A DNA stretch of 64,000 nt from Azolla caroliniana (lineage: Eukaryota; Plantae; Polypodiophyta), in the NCBI GenBank assembly GCA_043228905.1, contig JBHGNT010000016.1:14880001-14944000 (forward strand), given 5' to 3'. The translations under genes and the position numbers were made by a program. Under the pieces are notes generated by a model. That model did not search any database and had not been told where the DNA came from. It saw only the letters and a program-made list of their open reading frames with translations. Positions 33,822-47,270 of this stretch are shown one piece after another. Positions within the stretch are counted from its first letter, which is position 1, and each line of letters begins with the position of its first letter.

Positions 33822-36800
33822 CTTGACAGATCAATTGATCTGTAGGTTTTGTCGATATGTGGATGAATGTGAATGAAGATAGTTGTTCCCCTGGGTCGTC
33901 GATTGTAGCCTGGCCTTACCTTCCTTGAATATTCCTTAAATAGCTTGACCAATCATAGGAATATTCTTTTAAAGAGTATGGCATTACTGCATCCACATAT
34001 ATGGGTTTCACCTCTTTCTTCCTTGGCATTGGGCTTGATTCAATTGCATATGTCTTAAGGCATCATGATTAGGCATCTTTTCCTATTGTATCAACTTATA
34101 ATTAGGCTCCAAGGAATGTGGCCATTGCAAGTATGAACTAAAGCCAACCTCCTTGCTTTGCATGTACCACATTAGATCGAGCATAGGCATGATGTAACAC
34201 TCGGAAAAACAAATGAGAATGGCATTGATTATCTATGAGCCCATCCCTAAGTTGACGCATCTTGGCATAATGATAACTTTGAGAATGCAAGTGAGAAATA
34301 ACGCATTGTAAACAATTATGGCTACCCAAGAACTCTGCATTTAATTGTGCATGTTTCTGTAATGCATTACACCTACAAATAACTTGTGAGAATTGTTGAA
34401 GAAGACCCAATCGCCATTGGGCACCAGTTAACCCATACATACAATGAATGATCTTAACGTTTCGTAGAGTTTGTGTCCCATGCTTTTATTCCCTCACTAT
34501 CCACTTTTTGTGAAAAGTTCATCGAAATTTGCCCCATGAGAAAACCAAAGTGAGGTTGAAGCAAATGAGAAGAGTTAAAGCGTAATGGAGGCTTTCGAAG
34601 TAAGGTTTTGTACATGTCAATTGCATGATTGCAAAACTCTGAACAAATACGGAAGTTGTCTGAAGATCCTACATCCCATAGTATTATCACACAAAGTGAT
34701 ATTAGTGAAAAAGAATAAGCAAGCATCACATACCCTCTAACTAGACTCTATTTCATGCGGATTGGAATGTAAAACCTAGATCATTCCCATGCTACCACAT
34801 CCATACATCCAACTTACAAACCTCCATGGCAAATGAAACCCAAGCAGTTTGCTCAAAACCATCCACATGATGGAATGTTGTGATGTAGATTAAGATGGAT
34901 TAACACACATATTAAAATCACCCATAAGTAAAATATTAAATGGCCCGCATATAGTGTATGAAGATAGACCCCCATAATGCAATACATTCAATAGCTTGTT
35001 TAGGGGCATAAATCCCCACTAACTATACAATGTGACTACTATAAGTGATTTCTATAACCAAAAACCAACCATAAGGATCATTACGCATAAGTTGAGGATA
35101 ATACTTATCCCACACAAATAATACCACGCGTGAATATTGATTACTGAGATGACCTACATAGAATGATGATTATCTACATTGACACTTACGCTCAACCACA
35201 CATGATAAATCCCATTACTTGCATAACAAACTTTCCCATAATATATTATGAGGAAACATGCCTTTCTCACATTCCATGTTACCACTTTCATTCAAACAAC
35301 AATGTTATATGTGCACTTACTCCTTCAAAGCAACTAATACCATGAAACTAGTCTCAACATGTTCCAATGATGCATATGGTTTTCATGCACCACACTCTTA
35401 GGGCTATATATAGAAACAGTTTGTTTGGGGCCCCTTGCCCAACTAAAACCTCGAGGGTTCAATGGATTTACAACTCATCCCAATGAATTAAGTTTAAGTT
35501 GAAGGGGTTAATCCCTTGTCTCTAAATGTTCTTGCTAGTGAACTTTTTGAAGCCCCTCTCTTATTCCTAAAATACCTTGCTAAAGAGTATCACGAACAAT
35601 AAACAAACTATCACGTTGCACATTCATTGATTTCCCCATTGAATTGCCCTTTACATGATACCAATGTTTATCGACAACATTGATATTGAGCCTATCAAAT
35701 AATTTTTGTAAGGAATAGATTTTGATTTAACATATTTATAGATTTAGCTCCTTTATTATTAGACCCAATTTTTTTGAAATGGGGCATCCTTGTCACATGC
35801 TCTAGAGGATGTTTCTTCATCCCATTCACCACAACTAAATCAATGAATAATAAATGTCTCCCACTTCAACTTAAAACAAAGTCGTTTCATACCATGTGTA
35901 CTCACACACTTTATTCATTTAAAAGGGATCATAAAAATGCATGCTTACGATCCATTGTAACCGAGACGAGGCATTCATGTTTCAATAAAACAGGATAGTC
36001 CCCTATGGGGGAACCTTACATGCACTAACCGTTTATTAAAAAACATAGTAACTCTATCCAACATATCACTTTGATGTTCAGGAAAACGGAATATGACATC
36101 ATAAAATGCTCATGGGCTGCGTATATATTTTCAACACAATTTGGTGATAAGATTATGTTCAACCATTGTTTTATTTAGTTTATGAATGAGAGTTTACTAG
36201 TGAAAATTAATATAACCACATGATCATATAAGACATAGAAAGACTATAAAATCACATTAGCATCAACTTCCACGTCATGCACATCCTCATTTAATGCATT
36301 CTTTTTCGTCATTCTCATTTTCCTCCACAACATCAGAGAACAAGGTTCCTCAATACCTGTAAGTTTCTTAAAGCTCCTGAATTCTTCACTTGTACAATTA
36401 CATCTCAATGTGCTTATCCACATCGCAATCTGTGCTTAAGATTTATGCACATGGTGTCAAAGTGTCAAATTGGGCTTAGCCCTAGGTTGCCTATCCTTTA
36501 TTCTTGTTGCCGCATTAGATCATCCATCAAATACTCGTTTACAAACTCTAGTTGTGATATACGTTCATGTTTTTATGGTGTTTGTCAGCCCTTGCAAGCA
36601 TTGGTTCGGATGCTATACTTTTGTCTGCATCGTGTAATGATATTACAAATTGGGCATTGTCAGTTTATCACGATAAACATCATTGGCCGCCCATAGTTGC
36701 ATACTTCTTCTCTAGAGCAGCTTCGAGCATCCAATCATCACAAAAAGTAGATCGAGTCGCTATTGGAACTGCGAGCGAGACAACACTTAACAAGACATAA

Positions 36801-37127
36801 CGTTACCTCAGTTCATCATAATGGCATATAACATTAGCTTTTGGAACTCTAGAGAAGAGAGAAGCACATACATACATACATACATACATATTTCTTATGG
36901 AGACCGTATATACGAATACGTATACATACATACATACACGTACGTATATACTAAATTTGGAGAGCGCGGGAAGCTCCTCCCCCTCCATCGCTCCTTCTCC
37001 AATTTTCAGCTTCCTGCCCACCTGCCTCTGTTTTTCTGTTTCTGATCCTCTCTTTAGGGTTTTTGTTACGTAAATAAATACATAGATAGACAGAGATTAC
37101 TCCACCCCGAAACACACACAGAGCCCC

Positions 37128-40100
37128 ATGGCGTCTGATAACGTTCGTCTGTTTGGGAACATCATGCTCGGTGGCCGAGGAGGAATGGTACGTCCCCTGG
37201 AAGTCTTTGATTTTTAATTTCTTTTAGGTTTTTTTTTATCTTCAAACACCTAGAAGATCTGTTTTTTTGTTCTTCTAGGTATTTTTTGTTTTGTTTAAGT
37301 TCTAGGACCTCTGCCTTTAGTCATTTTAGAGTCTTTGTCAAATACATAGGAGCTCCAATTTTAGTTCTTTTTAAGTTTTTTTTTTTCTCCAAAGCTCTGA
37401 TTTGTATCTCAACAAATCTTTGTAATCTAGAGCTTAATTTCATGTCCAATTCCTTTTTTTAATCAAGATTTTGTTGTTGTTTCAAATTCCAGCGCTGTTT
37501 GTCATATAATATATATTTTTTCTACATTTTCAAGCTCTGTTTCTTAGTTCATTTTTCTCAGTAGTATGTCATCCAAAATTCGCCTTTATTTTCTTGATTC
37601 CCAACCGAGGATTATAACATATTGATATTTCTTTCAGTTTTTTAATTCTGATATTCTAAGAGTCTTGCTCTATTTTCTTTTAAAAGGCTTGCACCAATGA
37701 AGTTTCAAAATTGTGACATACATCCTCGATACTACATAATTATCCTACATTGTACATAATACATACTTAATGTGCTTGTATATGTTCTTCTATTAATTAC
37801 ATCTTTTTGCATCCGTGATATTTCATCAACTTCATTTTACAAATAAATGATTGAGAAGACTTGAACTTTCATGCCAAAAATCCAAAGTATCTCTTGTTCT
37901 AAGCTCAAAACGGGGTTTTCAAGCATTTGATAAATGATTTTTAATATTTAAATGTTTGGCTTTGAGCGTAGAATGTTCGTTTATTTTGAGCCCTTACATC
38001 TTTTATTTGGCTAATTGCATATTGTGGGCCAATTGAAGAACCTTTGAGAAACCTTCAGTTTCTATAAGCAATCCAAGAAATCTCTTGCATTAAGTACAAC
38101 ATGAAGCTTTCAACTTTATGGTCTAAAATCTTTATGTGATGTTTTTTGGGGTTTGAGATTTACTGTAGTTAGAGGACATTTACATATTTGGTGGATATAT
38201 AACAGAACATGGGCCAATTGAAGATACACCCAGGTGGATTTCTATGGAAAAAATCCGGTGGTGGTAAGGTTGTAGAGGTCTCTCAAAGAGATGTGTCTAG
38301 TCTGAGCTGGATGCGAATACCAAGAGGCTATCAGTTGGGAGTGCGGTTGAAAGCGGGTTCAAATGTCAAATTTAATGGCTTCAAAGAGCAAGTATAAGTT
38401 GAATATATTTTCGAATCTTTTTGCTTTGATGGCATCACCACTCCTTGTCAAATTACTATATTGATTACTCTATTGTAGGATATTTTGAGTTTATCGGGTT
38501 TCATGTCTACGAACATGGGTGTTACACCACAAGATAAACCATTATCAGTGAGTGGAAGAAATTGGGGTGATGCTGACTTAGATGGTATGTTGGATGAGGT
38601 TCCTATGATATCTAATGACTTAAAGTTTTCTGAATGTTTATAGAAGGCACATGATATATGTATGTATGTATATAAGGGATGACAACAGCTCTTTTCTAAA
38701 TGTTAATTCGATGTCGGGAAATGGACAGGAAATATGCTATCATTTGCAGTTGATGGAAAACAAGCATTCGAAGTATCTCTTGCCGATGTTTCACAGTCAC
38801 AACTACAGGGTAAAAATGATGTCTTGTTGGAGTTTCATGTGGATGATACTGCTGGTGCAAATGAGGTTTGTATAGAAAAAAAGACAGTCTAGTTGGACTT
38901 AATAATTATGACTAAGTTGGGGAATCTTAAAGGAACTGTATTTTTGTCTCTTACCAGAAAGATTGCTTAATGGAAATGAGCTTCCATGTACCTAATACCA
39001 ATACCAGCTTTCTAGGGGACGAGAATAATCCTCCTGCCCAGGTAATGCAATTTGTTCATGGTCAATATGTTATATATTTTGATGCGCGGTTTCGTAAATT
39101 TAGAGCAGTTCACCCACAGATATTTTATTTTGCTTCTTATTACCACATTTCTTTTAATCCTGTTTGTTAGGTGTTCCATGAAAAAATCCTATCAATGGCA
39201 GATGTAGGATCTTCAACTGCAGAAGCTGTGGCATTGTTCAAGGAAGTGACTATTTTGACCCCTAGGTAATCCAAATGGTATTTTATTCTTTGCTGCATGC
39301 TATTCTGCACATGTATGATGTCATCATGCATATCATGTGGATGTATGTATGTATATATTCATAGATGTGTGTGTATGTGTCATACACTTAAGCATTTGTA
39401 TGTATTTCTTTTTGAGATAGAACTTAAAGGACTCTTTTTGTTTTGCAGGGGTCGGTATAGTGTTGAACTACACTTTTCTTTTCTGCGTATGCAGGGACAA
39501 GCTAATGATTTCAAAATTCAATATAGCAGTGTTGTTCGACTCTTTGTATTGCCAAAGGTAGATATTGCCCCAATGCTTGTAAGGTTATGGCAACCTTTAA
39601 GAAATTTGGAAAATGAAGGAATCATATATCTTGTACCTATTTTGAAAACAAAACTCAAGTTTGCTATATTTGTTTTGTTTATCTATCAACTTGTTTCTCA
39701 GATCTTGAAATTTGGTCCATGTGTATCTCTCAGTAAAATGACTTTCTTCTTGTATTGCAGTCACATCAACCACATACCTTTGTGGTTATCACATTAGATC
39801 CACCAATTCGTAAGGGACAAACATTTTATCCACACATAGTGCTTCAGGTAATTATGTATGTTACATCCCATAATGAGCATTTAGTTTGAGGCATACATTA
39901 CTACCAAGGGAGTTTCTTTATATTGCCTGGTTTCATGCTATAACAGTTTCCTACGGAAGAGACTATTGAGTGTGACCTAACAATAAGTGAAGATCTGCTT
40001 AACTCAAAGTACAAGGATCGGCTTCGAGCATCATATAAGGTAGTGTATTATATCATGTTTCAGTGAATGGTAATTTAAACTGTAAGCATCAATATTATTA

Positions 40101-43100
40101 ATAACATTTATGTGGCAGGGGTTGGCATTTGAGGTTTTTGCTCAAATATTGAATGCCCTTTCTGGAGCAAAGGTTACTCGTCCTGGCAAATTCAGGAGTA
40201 GTCAAGATGGGTATGCTGTTAGGTCATCCCTCAAAGCTGAAGATGGAGTTTTGTATCCATTGGAGAAAGGGTTTTTCTTTCTCCCAAAGCCACCCACACT
40301 TATACTTCATGATGAGGTTTGTTGTGAAAAAGTGGTTTATTTTGTTAACATCTACCTAAAGTTGAAATCTAGGTTCTGCATCGCTTATAATAAAATTGAG
40401 TTCTGTATTGTGAATGTATGAGCATTAGATCACGTGATCAACTTACAAGTGCTTTGGCTATGAATTTGTCATGCAATACGCATATGGCCATTATTTTTGT
40501 TTAGTTATAAAAAAATTGGGTATGCAAGTTAAAAATATGTGAAACTCATATATACATTACAAGGTTGTCATCACAACTTGCACCATATGTTTGCATAGAA
40601 CAGCACATGCACAAACACAGTGTTATGGGTATATATGTATGCGTAAGTTGACACATATAGGAGTTTTGCATTTAATATCTTGTGTAGAACTTATAAATGT
40701 TTTAGAATACCTTCTATGCATATATGTCAGAGGATTTGTAAATGCATGTGTGTTGAGAGAGGAGTTTCTTATCTGAAAGTGGGTGTATGTGCTGCAGATC
40801 GACTATGTTGAATTTGAGAGACATGGGGCAGGTGGTGCAAGTGGCATGTCTTCTCACTATTTTGACTTGATCATTCGTCTTAGAAGTGAGCAAGAGCATC
40901 AGTTTCGTAACATTCAGCGCAATGAATATCACAATCTCTTTGATTTCATTAAGTAAGTGCCATGCACATTTGCTTTTGTCTCATAGGCTGCTTTAGCTTT
41001 CATATAAGTTGGCATAAAATATCTTTCTTTCTTTCCTCCTAAAAACTCATGAATGATTGTATTTTCTTGTTTAATTGTGTAGCTCAAAGAACTTGAAGAT
41101 TTTAAATTTAGGAGAGATGCAAGGTCCAAGTGGAGTTGCTGCTGCCTTGGAAGGATCAGATGATGAGACACTTGATCCTCACCTCGAAAGAATCAGGAAT
41201 GCACGGGATGGTGTTGGAGGTGACAGTGATGAGGAGGTTTGTGTGTCATCATAAATAAGAATGTTTTATATTTTTATTTGTTTTTTTGTAGAGCTAAGGG
41301 TGCCTTCGCATGGTTTTGAATATTAATTGATGTTGGTTATCAATGGCAGGATGAAGATTTTGTTGCAGAGAAAGATGATGCAGGCTCTCCCACAGATGAA
41401 TCATCCGGGGATGAAGGTTCAGATGCTAGTGAGGATGAAGGTGGAGAGGTGAGTAAGAATTCTTGTTATCAAGTGAAGTTTCTCTTTGGTTAACTTTTTG
41501 TTTCTTTCGAAATTTATTGCGTTTTCATTTTAGAAGCCTATGAAAGAGAAGAAAAAAGAGCCTTCTGCTCCCAAGGTTGCATTCGGAAAGAAGAAAAAAA
41601 GAGAGGATGAAGGTGAGGATGGCAAGAAGAAGAAGAGACGGAAGAAGGATCCTAATGCACCAAAAAGAGCTATGTCATCCTTTATGTATTTCTCCCAATC
41701 TGAGAGAGAGGTAAGGAAATGGAAGGACCTGCCGAGATGAAATTATTATTTACCCCAAAATTTTCTTAAAATTTTCCATTTGTTGGGGGAAAAGTAAGTG
41801 GGAAGTTATGAGAGTACCATAAATTGTATATAAATTTTAAAGAAAAGGTATATATGTATATTTCCAATTGTTGAGTTTCCTTTCATGCATAAGATACGAA
41901 ACTAATAAGTATCATAAATCTAGAGGAATTTAGAAGAGAAGATACATATTTATTGGATTCTTCTTTGCTGGGTAAATATTTTCAACAAGTTGAAAATTAT
42001 GACTGCCATTTATTGAGGGCGTCTTCTTGTTACAAACATTCTGTAAGAGAAGTTTGGAGGAAAATGTTTTTACAATCAGTCTTTTCGCCCGATGATATAA
42101 GTTGTGAGAAAAATATAACATAAGCTTAGGAATGTAGCCAAAGAGGGTATATATTTCTTGCAGATTTTGTTCCTTTAACTAAATATTTCCATTGCATGAG
42201 TGCAAGAATTTAATAACCAGCATTTTAGCTAGAGGAACCCTTTCCTGCATGCATAAAAAAATTGAAGCCTGAGGTCCTTAAACTTTCAGCTGAATAATAG
42301 ACCTTTAAATTTTGCATATTGTCTCGTTTTAAATTTGCTTATATATAGATTTTACCACCTTTCATTTCCGAAGTTCTCATTTTTGCAATATTTTCGAATA
42401 CATGGTAGGGTTTACCACCTTTCATTTCTGAAGTTCTCATTTTTGCAATATTTTCGAATACATGGTAGGTGTTGCAATTTAAGTTTATTTTGACTCTTTT
42501 GTTCAATCCTCTCTTTTGGTTGTGGTGTAGGTTTTGAAGAAAACAAATCCAGGATTGGCGTTTAAGGATGTTGGACGGGTTCTAGGGGAGAGATGGAAGA
42601 AATTGACAGGTAAAGTGCTTAGTAAAAGTTCGATTTCTTTGTGTTTTATATATGTGAAATATATCTTTTGTTTATTTTGTCATTGGTTTCATTCTTTCCC
42701 TTAATTCTACATCTCAAAGTTTCTTTGTAATTTCCAGGAAAGAAGTAACTCTTACATATGTTTTTATTCAAACTAACTTTATAGGGTTTCTTTTGGTTTA
42801 CAGGCGTTAAATATGTATTTTGTTTTCATTTATTCTCTCTCTTAACCTACATCTCCTTATATATATTTGTATGTGTTTGTGGAAAATAAGAGTGTTGGTG
42901 TTTTTTGTTCGATGTTTGTGTCGTGAAAAAAGTACATGTTTTTTATATGTTTCTTGGTAAAAATAACCCCCCAAATTTGGTCTAAGGTTTCTCAATATAA
43001 AATAGTTTTATATGTTTCTTGATAAAAACACCCAAAAAATCTGTATGATTTATCTTGTAAATTTGTTTTCTTGGTATGCATTTCTTTACAGAGGAAGAGA

Positions 43101-43228
43101 AACGGCAATATGACACTCAAGCAAAAGCCGATAAGGTACGGTATAGCCAAGAGATGGCAGACTACAGGGGTGGTAGTGGGGGACAAGCTTCTGGAATCAA
43201 GTCTTCAGACGATGATGAATCAGAATAG
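37128..43228 (+). CDS. SSRP1: FACT complex subunit SSRP1 (structure-specific recognition protein 1)
   Basis: GT-AG exons read by eye: 37128-37187, 38206-38391, 38479-38584, 38729-38865, 38958-39041, 39171-39265, 39449-39557, 39761-39847, 39947-40039, 40119-40316, 40798-40952, 41083-41236, 41350-41448, 41534-41710, 42531-42609 and 43092-43228. Motifs include [43 protein letters not shown], an acidic region and the HMG box [17 protein letters not shown]. Confidence 0.96.
42351..42469. repeat. 60-bp tandem duplication in an SSRP1 intron
   Basis: TTTACCACCTTTCATTTC(C/T)GAAGTTCTC...CATGGTAGG occurs twice with one mismatch. Confidence 0.9.
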
Positions 43229-45421
43229 AACGAAATGTTTTGTGTTTCTATGCATGCTTATGTGAATCATGATGGTGGTATTATTGGATGCTATATATCC
43301 ATATGTAACCTATTCTGTATGCTTCCCTATGATGAAGAGTTATGTACAGCTTCCCTTTTGAGTTCTTTTTACCGTGTATACATAATGCCATTTTTTCCAT
43401 CATTTTAAGAAGGGTTTCTTTCCCTTTTTTCCTGTTTACCTTCTATGCACACGGCAACAGAGTGTAGTAGAACTTCGGCTGTAAAGGTGCAAATTTGTGG
43501 GAAAAGATCAAAAGAGGAGTTTTTATTTGAGTTTCTCTGGGGAGAAAATGTATAAAGCACATGAAGGGGAGGTTATTATAGTTACTGTTGTTGATGCTGG
43601 TGGTGAATCAGTGTCATCAAAAAAATTGCTCTGGTTGAACAATCGTCAACCTCATTCTGTACGATTAAAAACATGATATGTTTATTGTTGTCAGTTTCTT
43701 GTTGCCAATAATTCATGCATTTTTGATGGGTGAGGACAAAGTGGATAGTTGCATGAATGGAATTCAGTAGAATCAAACATTCTTCTAATAGGTACTGTGA
43801 AAACAGAGTTATTTTATGGCTTGGATTATTGTGGTTTCTTGTTCATCTTCTATCAAACAGTTTTCTTTTAAAGCACAATGCCTTCTAACCTTGTAGAGGC
43901 TTCAAAAAACTTATCGAATTAAAATCCCTCATATCATTATGCATCATTAAACCTGCTTTTCATTAAGTTTTGTTCGCCACCATTGGAGCTTTGTAAGAAG
44001 CTAGCTATGGAGTCTTGAACCAATCAGTCAAATTGTTTTATTTGGGTTTTGCCTTGTAGTATTAGTATGCTATTTTATTTTGCATTTCTCCCAGCAAATG
44101 TCATTTATCATTAAAGCTTGCAGTTATGACTGCATGGATTGAATCTGCTGCTGGTCTTTCTTTGATAATGCCATGAGGTTTGGTTGAAGTAAGTCAGATT
44201 CTGTGTTCTTGAGGACTATCTACTATTTGACTACTACAAAAACCGTCTATTAACTTGAGAGGTTAATGAGAGGCCCCTACTTCACATGTACTCTAGGAGA
44301 AGGGTTAGGATTCCACGAGTAACATTGCAAGAGATACAAGAGATCTATTAAACAATAAACATAATTTTAGGTTTAGGTGATGAAAATTTCCTATTTTCAA
44401 GGTGGTGGTTACAATCATTTGCCCTTTAGGTGCTTTTATATAGGTCTTGGTGGGTTGCTATCTTGTCATTACAACTTTAATGATATATTCATTTGTTTGT
44501 CAATGGCTATTTGGCAATTTCATACTTGTTGGATGGCCAATAAAATCATCACATAGCATACATAGCGAGGACAACTTGGGAGATGACAAGTTCAAGAAGA
44601 GGGTTGACAAGACAAATGCATTCATCAAATTTAGGGGATATTCAATACCATAGTCCTATTTGTATAATCCATCATCAATGCATAGCATGAAGAGTTATGG
44701 AGCTAAATAAAGTTGAGTGATGAGTTCTTTGTTAATGATTTGTCGTGTCATGGTTGAACTCTTGTCCTTCCTTGGATTCTAGAGAGAGAGAGAGAGGATT
44801 ATTTCGGTTGGGTGTTGTAGACTTGGGAGATATGGTTGATAATGAATCTCAAAGGTTATAGGAATTTGAAGATGCTAAACGATGGTTTTGTATTCTCACA
44901 AATTATGGATTTATTTGGGGGAAATTAGAAGATATACCATTGTCGCATGATTTTTGATGAAAATAAATGGTGTGTATTGGGTAGATTGGTAGTTGAAGAA
45001 TAATAGTACTCACTTGTTACAAACACACTACAAGTATTTAGTATCATCACAAAATGGTATCATTATGTTGGCCATGACCTAAAACATAAAAGGTGTGGAA
45101 TGTGTGTGAGTCAAATGCAAGGTGGCGGCAAATATTGCAACGTAGTTTGCATTTGCATTTGCATTTCATACAAAGATATTCATATGGAGAGTCTGATTGG
45201 TGGGATACCATTAGGTTTAGGCTTAAAAAGACTATAGGAACTAGGATTTAGCAGGTGTTTCTTTCACACCATTCCATCGGAGGACAATACACATAGGTTC
45301 ATTAAATGTTCAATATCATGTATAATTTTAGAAGTACTTATATGATATTTGGCAAAATTTAACCCGTTGTTATTTGAGGCCTCAACAATGGGTTTTTGCC
45401 TAGTATGTTCATAGTCTAAAT

Positions 45422-45714
45422 CATAGTATGAACCATACGTATCGTACGTGCATTCGCATTCGCATTCACTTTCGTGAATGTTTCAATCATTTGAGTATGG
45501 TAAACACACTCAAAGAATGGTAAATACCATACTTTTGGATTAACTATTTATTATGAGGTAAATAAACCTAAAAAAAGGAAAAAAACAAAAAAATACTTAA
45601 AAAAGGGGAAAAAACAAAAAAAAAACACAAGAATGTTTGAATAACATTTGCATTCGTTTTCCAATATAGGAAAACAAATGTTATGCTAGACGAACACGAA
45701 TTTTACGTACTATG
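45422..45714. mobile_element. Non-autonomous hAT-type MITE (293 bp)
   Basis: Termini CATAGTATG ... CGTACTATG (inverted), flanked by an exact 8-bp TSD GTCTAAAT at 45414-45421 and 45715-45722. An 8-bp TSD is typical of hAT elements. Confidence 0.8.
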
Positions 45715-45854
45715 GTCTAAATGATGAGTTGAAGATATTTGTTCCGATTTTTACGATATTGGGGACTGTAGGCAATTGGAATATGCATAATGCTTTCTTG
45801 TTTGATAACAGACATGAGGTGAAAACCTATGTGAAGGAATTGAAAGGCAATCTC

Positions 45855-47270
45855 ATGATAGCTGGACCTTATACGCGAGCAGGGGAGTCCGGTGCACCCC
45901 CCCAACTTTCGCCTCATCTGTGTGATGAGTCAGTCGGCCTTGCATTGTCAGAGGAGGATAGGGCTACTGTTTTGGCTGAGGTAAGTAGATTGGAAGTTTT
46001 TTCATTGGTCGTGCAGGTTCAGGGCTCGCGAATGAATAGATCGGAACTCCGTCATACATTGTACACTGCTTTCTCGGAGGAAGCGGATAGCATTCTCGAC
46101 ATTCAATTCATGTCTCGCGGATGTTATCATGTGGAATTCGCGACTGAGGAGTCCGTTAACAAGCTATTAATGATTAAGGAGGCAGGAGTCGAAGGTGCGT
46201 GGGTATCCTTTCATAAATGGTCGCACAATGTTAAAATAGATGACATATTGCAGGATCAAGAGGCTAGCATGGTTTTCACCGCAATATTTCCCGGTTTGAG
46301 GAAGGAGTGGAGGAATGTATTGCCTTGCATTGGGGCCTTGCTAGGTAAGGTGATTGCCACGCGTGATGGACAGGCACATGGGACAGATAGAATGGGAGGG
46401 GTACCAGCTGTTAGGTTGATCGCACCAAGATCCGTTCGTCTACCGGCAACTATATCCTTACCAAATTTACTTTTAAACAAACCACCGGTTGTGCAAAACG
46501 TATATTATCAAGGACTGCCTGATCAATGTTTTTTGTGTCGTCAATTTGGTCATTTAGGTCGAGATTGTCAGAAGCGTCGTACGTACAAGGAGGCCCAACC
46601 ACCGAATCGACCAGATGTTAATTATGATGGCTGGTTTACAGTTTCTAATAAACATGTTTTTAAACCGTCTAAGACGACGGTTAATCCAATGTTAGTACTT
46701 GAAGCTAATCCGTATCAGTCTTTGCAGGAGGTGGAAAAAGACGCGGGGATTAATACAAAGGAGATGGGGTTTGTCATTCCAAACTTCACAAAAGAGGAGC
46801 GGGTGGAACAAAAGTCGCAAGACATAATTTTGAAGGAGGTGGAAAAGGATGCGAGTAATGTTAAAATGGTACAACCTACGGTGGCACAAAAGTCCAAGAA
46901 CGTCATTGAACAGGTACAACCTTTGGAATTGGTTAATAAAGTTAATAATCAACTAAATAAGGGTAAACAACAGGTTGTTGATCATGTACAACATTTGGAT
47001 AAGCCTTTAAGCCTGTCTGATTTTCAACAAACTGAAGTGGGTAAGCTAGACATTGCCGAGGTTGACATGAATTGTGTAGTTGCCTTCACTGGAGTAGATA
47101 GGTCTACTGATAGGGTAGATAAACACATGCCAGTGCGGTCACATAAGTTGATAGGGAAAGACATATGGTCTAATAGAAGACAATTACGAGCCTCAGAGGA
47201 TGGAAGAAAGGGTAGAGATGTTGCACTCGCCGAAAGGAGAATAGGGGGAAAAAATATGAATGATGGATAG
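45855..47270 (+). CDS. L1 ORF1 (RRM/DUF4283-like region plus CCHC knuckle), N-terminally truncated
   Basis: Open frame with IQFMSRGCYHVEF..VSFHKWS and YQGLPDQCFLCRQFGHLGRDC. Confidence 0.8.
   Translation: MIAGPYTRAGESGAPPQLSPHLCDESVGLALSEEDRATVLAEVSRLEVFSLVVQVQGSRMNRSELRHTLYTAFSEEADSILDIQFMSRGCYHVEFATEESVNKLLMIKEAGVEGAWVSFHKWSHNVKIDDILQDQEASMVFTAIFPGLRKEWRNVLPCIGALLGKVIATRDGQAHGTDRMGGVPAVRLIAPRSVRLPATISLPNLLLNKPPVVQNVYYQGLPDQCFLCRQFGHLGRDCQKRRTYKEAQPPNRPDVNYDGWFTVSNKHVFKPSKTTVNPMLVLEANPYQSLQEVEKDAGINTKEMGFVIPNFTKEERVEQKSQDIILKEVEKDASNVKMVQPTVAQKSKNVIEQVQPLELVNKVNNQLNKGKQQVVDHVQHLDKPLSLSDFQQTEVGKLDIAEVDMNCVVAFTGVDRSTDRVDKHMPVRSHKLIGKDIWSNRRQLRASEDGRKGRDVALAERRIGGKNMNDG

Noticed and set aside
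34876-35598. Possible solo LTR (TGTTGTGAT ... ATCACGAACA, internal TATA)
   Set aside because: No TSD (TGGAA vs ATAAA), no PBS or PPT and no second copy in the window; too weak to list.
38651-43265. Short ORF-track ORFs across SSRP1 as separate genes
   Set aside because: They are exon fragments running into introns, or off-frame overlaps of the single spliced gene.
44230-44530. LTR-like composition downstream of SSRP1
   Set aside because: No definable termini or TSD.
45729-45854. N-terminal 42 codons of the ORF-track 513-aa ORF
   Set aside because: They lie upstream of or within the TSD, so they are flanking DNA that happens to be open, and the start is TTG.
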